Shown here in pieces: positions 31,726 through 32,000 of a stretch of 32,000 nucleotides of DNA. Every line of letters begins with the position of its first letter. The stretch's first letter is position 1. A program made the position numbers and the translations under genes. This stretch comes from Aeropyrum pernix K1 (lineage in GTDB: Archaea > Thermoproteota > Thermoprotei_A > Sulfolobales > Acidilobaceae): assembly GCF_000011125.1 (NCBI RefSeq), contig NC_000854.2:510001-542000 (forward strand), in the 5' to 3' direction. A model generated the notes under the pieces. It saw nothing but the letters and a program-made list of their open reading frames with translations, searched no databases and was not told the origin of the DNA.

Positions 31726-32000
31726 TATAGAGGAGGTGCTTTTGGAGGAGAGGCTCATAGGATATCTAGACCCCGGAGCCGAGAAAGTTTTAGCGAGGAT
31801 AAACAGGCCTTCAAAAATAGTGTCTACAAGCAGTTGTACAGGGAGGATAACACTGATCGAGGGCGAGGCTCACTGGCTCAGGAACGGGGCAAGAGTAGCG
31901 TACAAGACCCATCACCCCATATCCCGGAGTGAGGTTGAAAGGGTTCTAAGGAGGGGCTTCACAAACCTTTGGCTCAAGGTGACCGGCCCTATACTACATC
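31718..32000 (+). CDS. taw3: tRNA wyosine-derivative methyltransferase Taw3 (TYW3 family), 3'-truncated by the window
   Basis: Translated by hand, since it is absent from the ORF track: MGSIEEVLLEERLIGYLDPGAEKVLARINRPSKIVSTSSCTGRITLIEGEAHWLRNGARVAYKTHHPISRSEVERVLRRGFTNLWLKVTGPILH... It contains the TYW3 hallmark (S/T)SSC(S/T)GRI and P-I-L-H. The frame is open to the window end. Confidence 0.8.
   Translation, partial: MGSIEEVLLEERLIGYLDPGAEKVLARINRPSKIVSTSSCTGRITLIEGEAHWLRNGARVAYKTHHPISRSEVERVLRRGFTNLWLKVTGPILH

Noticed and set aside
1-32000. A CRISPR array, rRNA genes, or IS/transposon ends.
   Set aside because: No regularly spaced direct repeats of 24-40 nt were seen. There are no rRNA-like conserved stretches, no transposase-like ORF, and no long terminal inverted repeats.

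Overview
This is a dense, GC-rich segment coding on both strands, and it reads like core chromosome of an aerobic hyperthermophilic crenarchaeon. Three gene-content features match what has been described for Aeropyrum: a two-domain CETC/CPYC protein disulfide oxidoreductase, an aoxABC-type haem-copper oxidase with fused subunit I+III, and a catalytic-only ThrRS. TATA boxes sit about 25 nt from start codons, and GTG/TTG starts are frequent. I cannot confirm the organism without a database search.

I call 33 protein-coding genes, one of them a 36-codon micro-ORF absent from the ORF track and one a 3'-truncated gene at the right edge. They cover four themes:
- Transcription: a TFB paralogue and a TFE-beta-like protein.
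- Translation and RNA modification: S8e, Gar1, Trm1, TrmY, Taw2-like plus Taw3, and ThrRS.
- Respiration: oxidase subunit II, subunit I+III, a small subunit, and Sco1.
- Assorted housekeeping enzymes.

I found no rRNA, no convincing tRNA, no CRISPR array and no IS or transposon.

The most unusual stretch is a 1.1-kb gene-free island (13796-14922) upstream of the oxidase operon. It alternates AT-rich promoter-like boxes with GC-rich, strongly self-complementary modules. I read these as candidate small RNA genes that I could not assign to a known family.

Secondary oddities:
- A single-pass membrane micro-ORF at the end of the oxidase operon.
- A ThrRS-cat operon that also carries a divergent HhH-GPD/Fe-S-loop protein with an 8-Cys tail and a beta-rich orphan protein.
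- Gar1 with eukaryote-like Arg/Gly-rich tails.
- A TFB with a degenerate zinc ribbon.
- A stand-alone 8xCBS protein.
- An XerA-type recombinase with a Q/P/Y/H-rich tail.

I did not find a clear multi-gene novel system such as a defence island. All novelty statements below are hypotheses.
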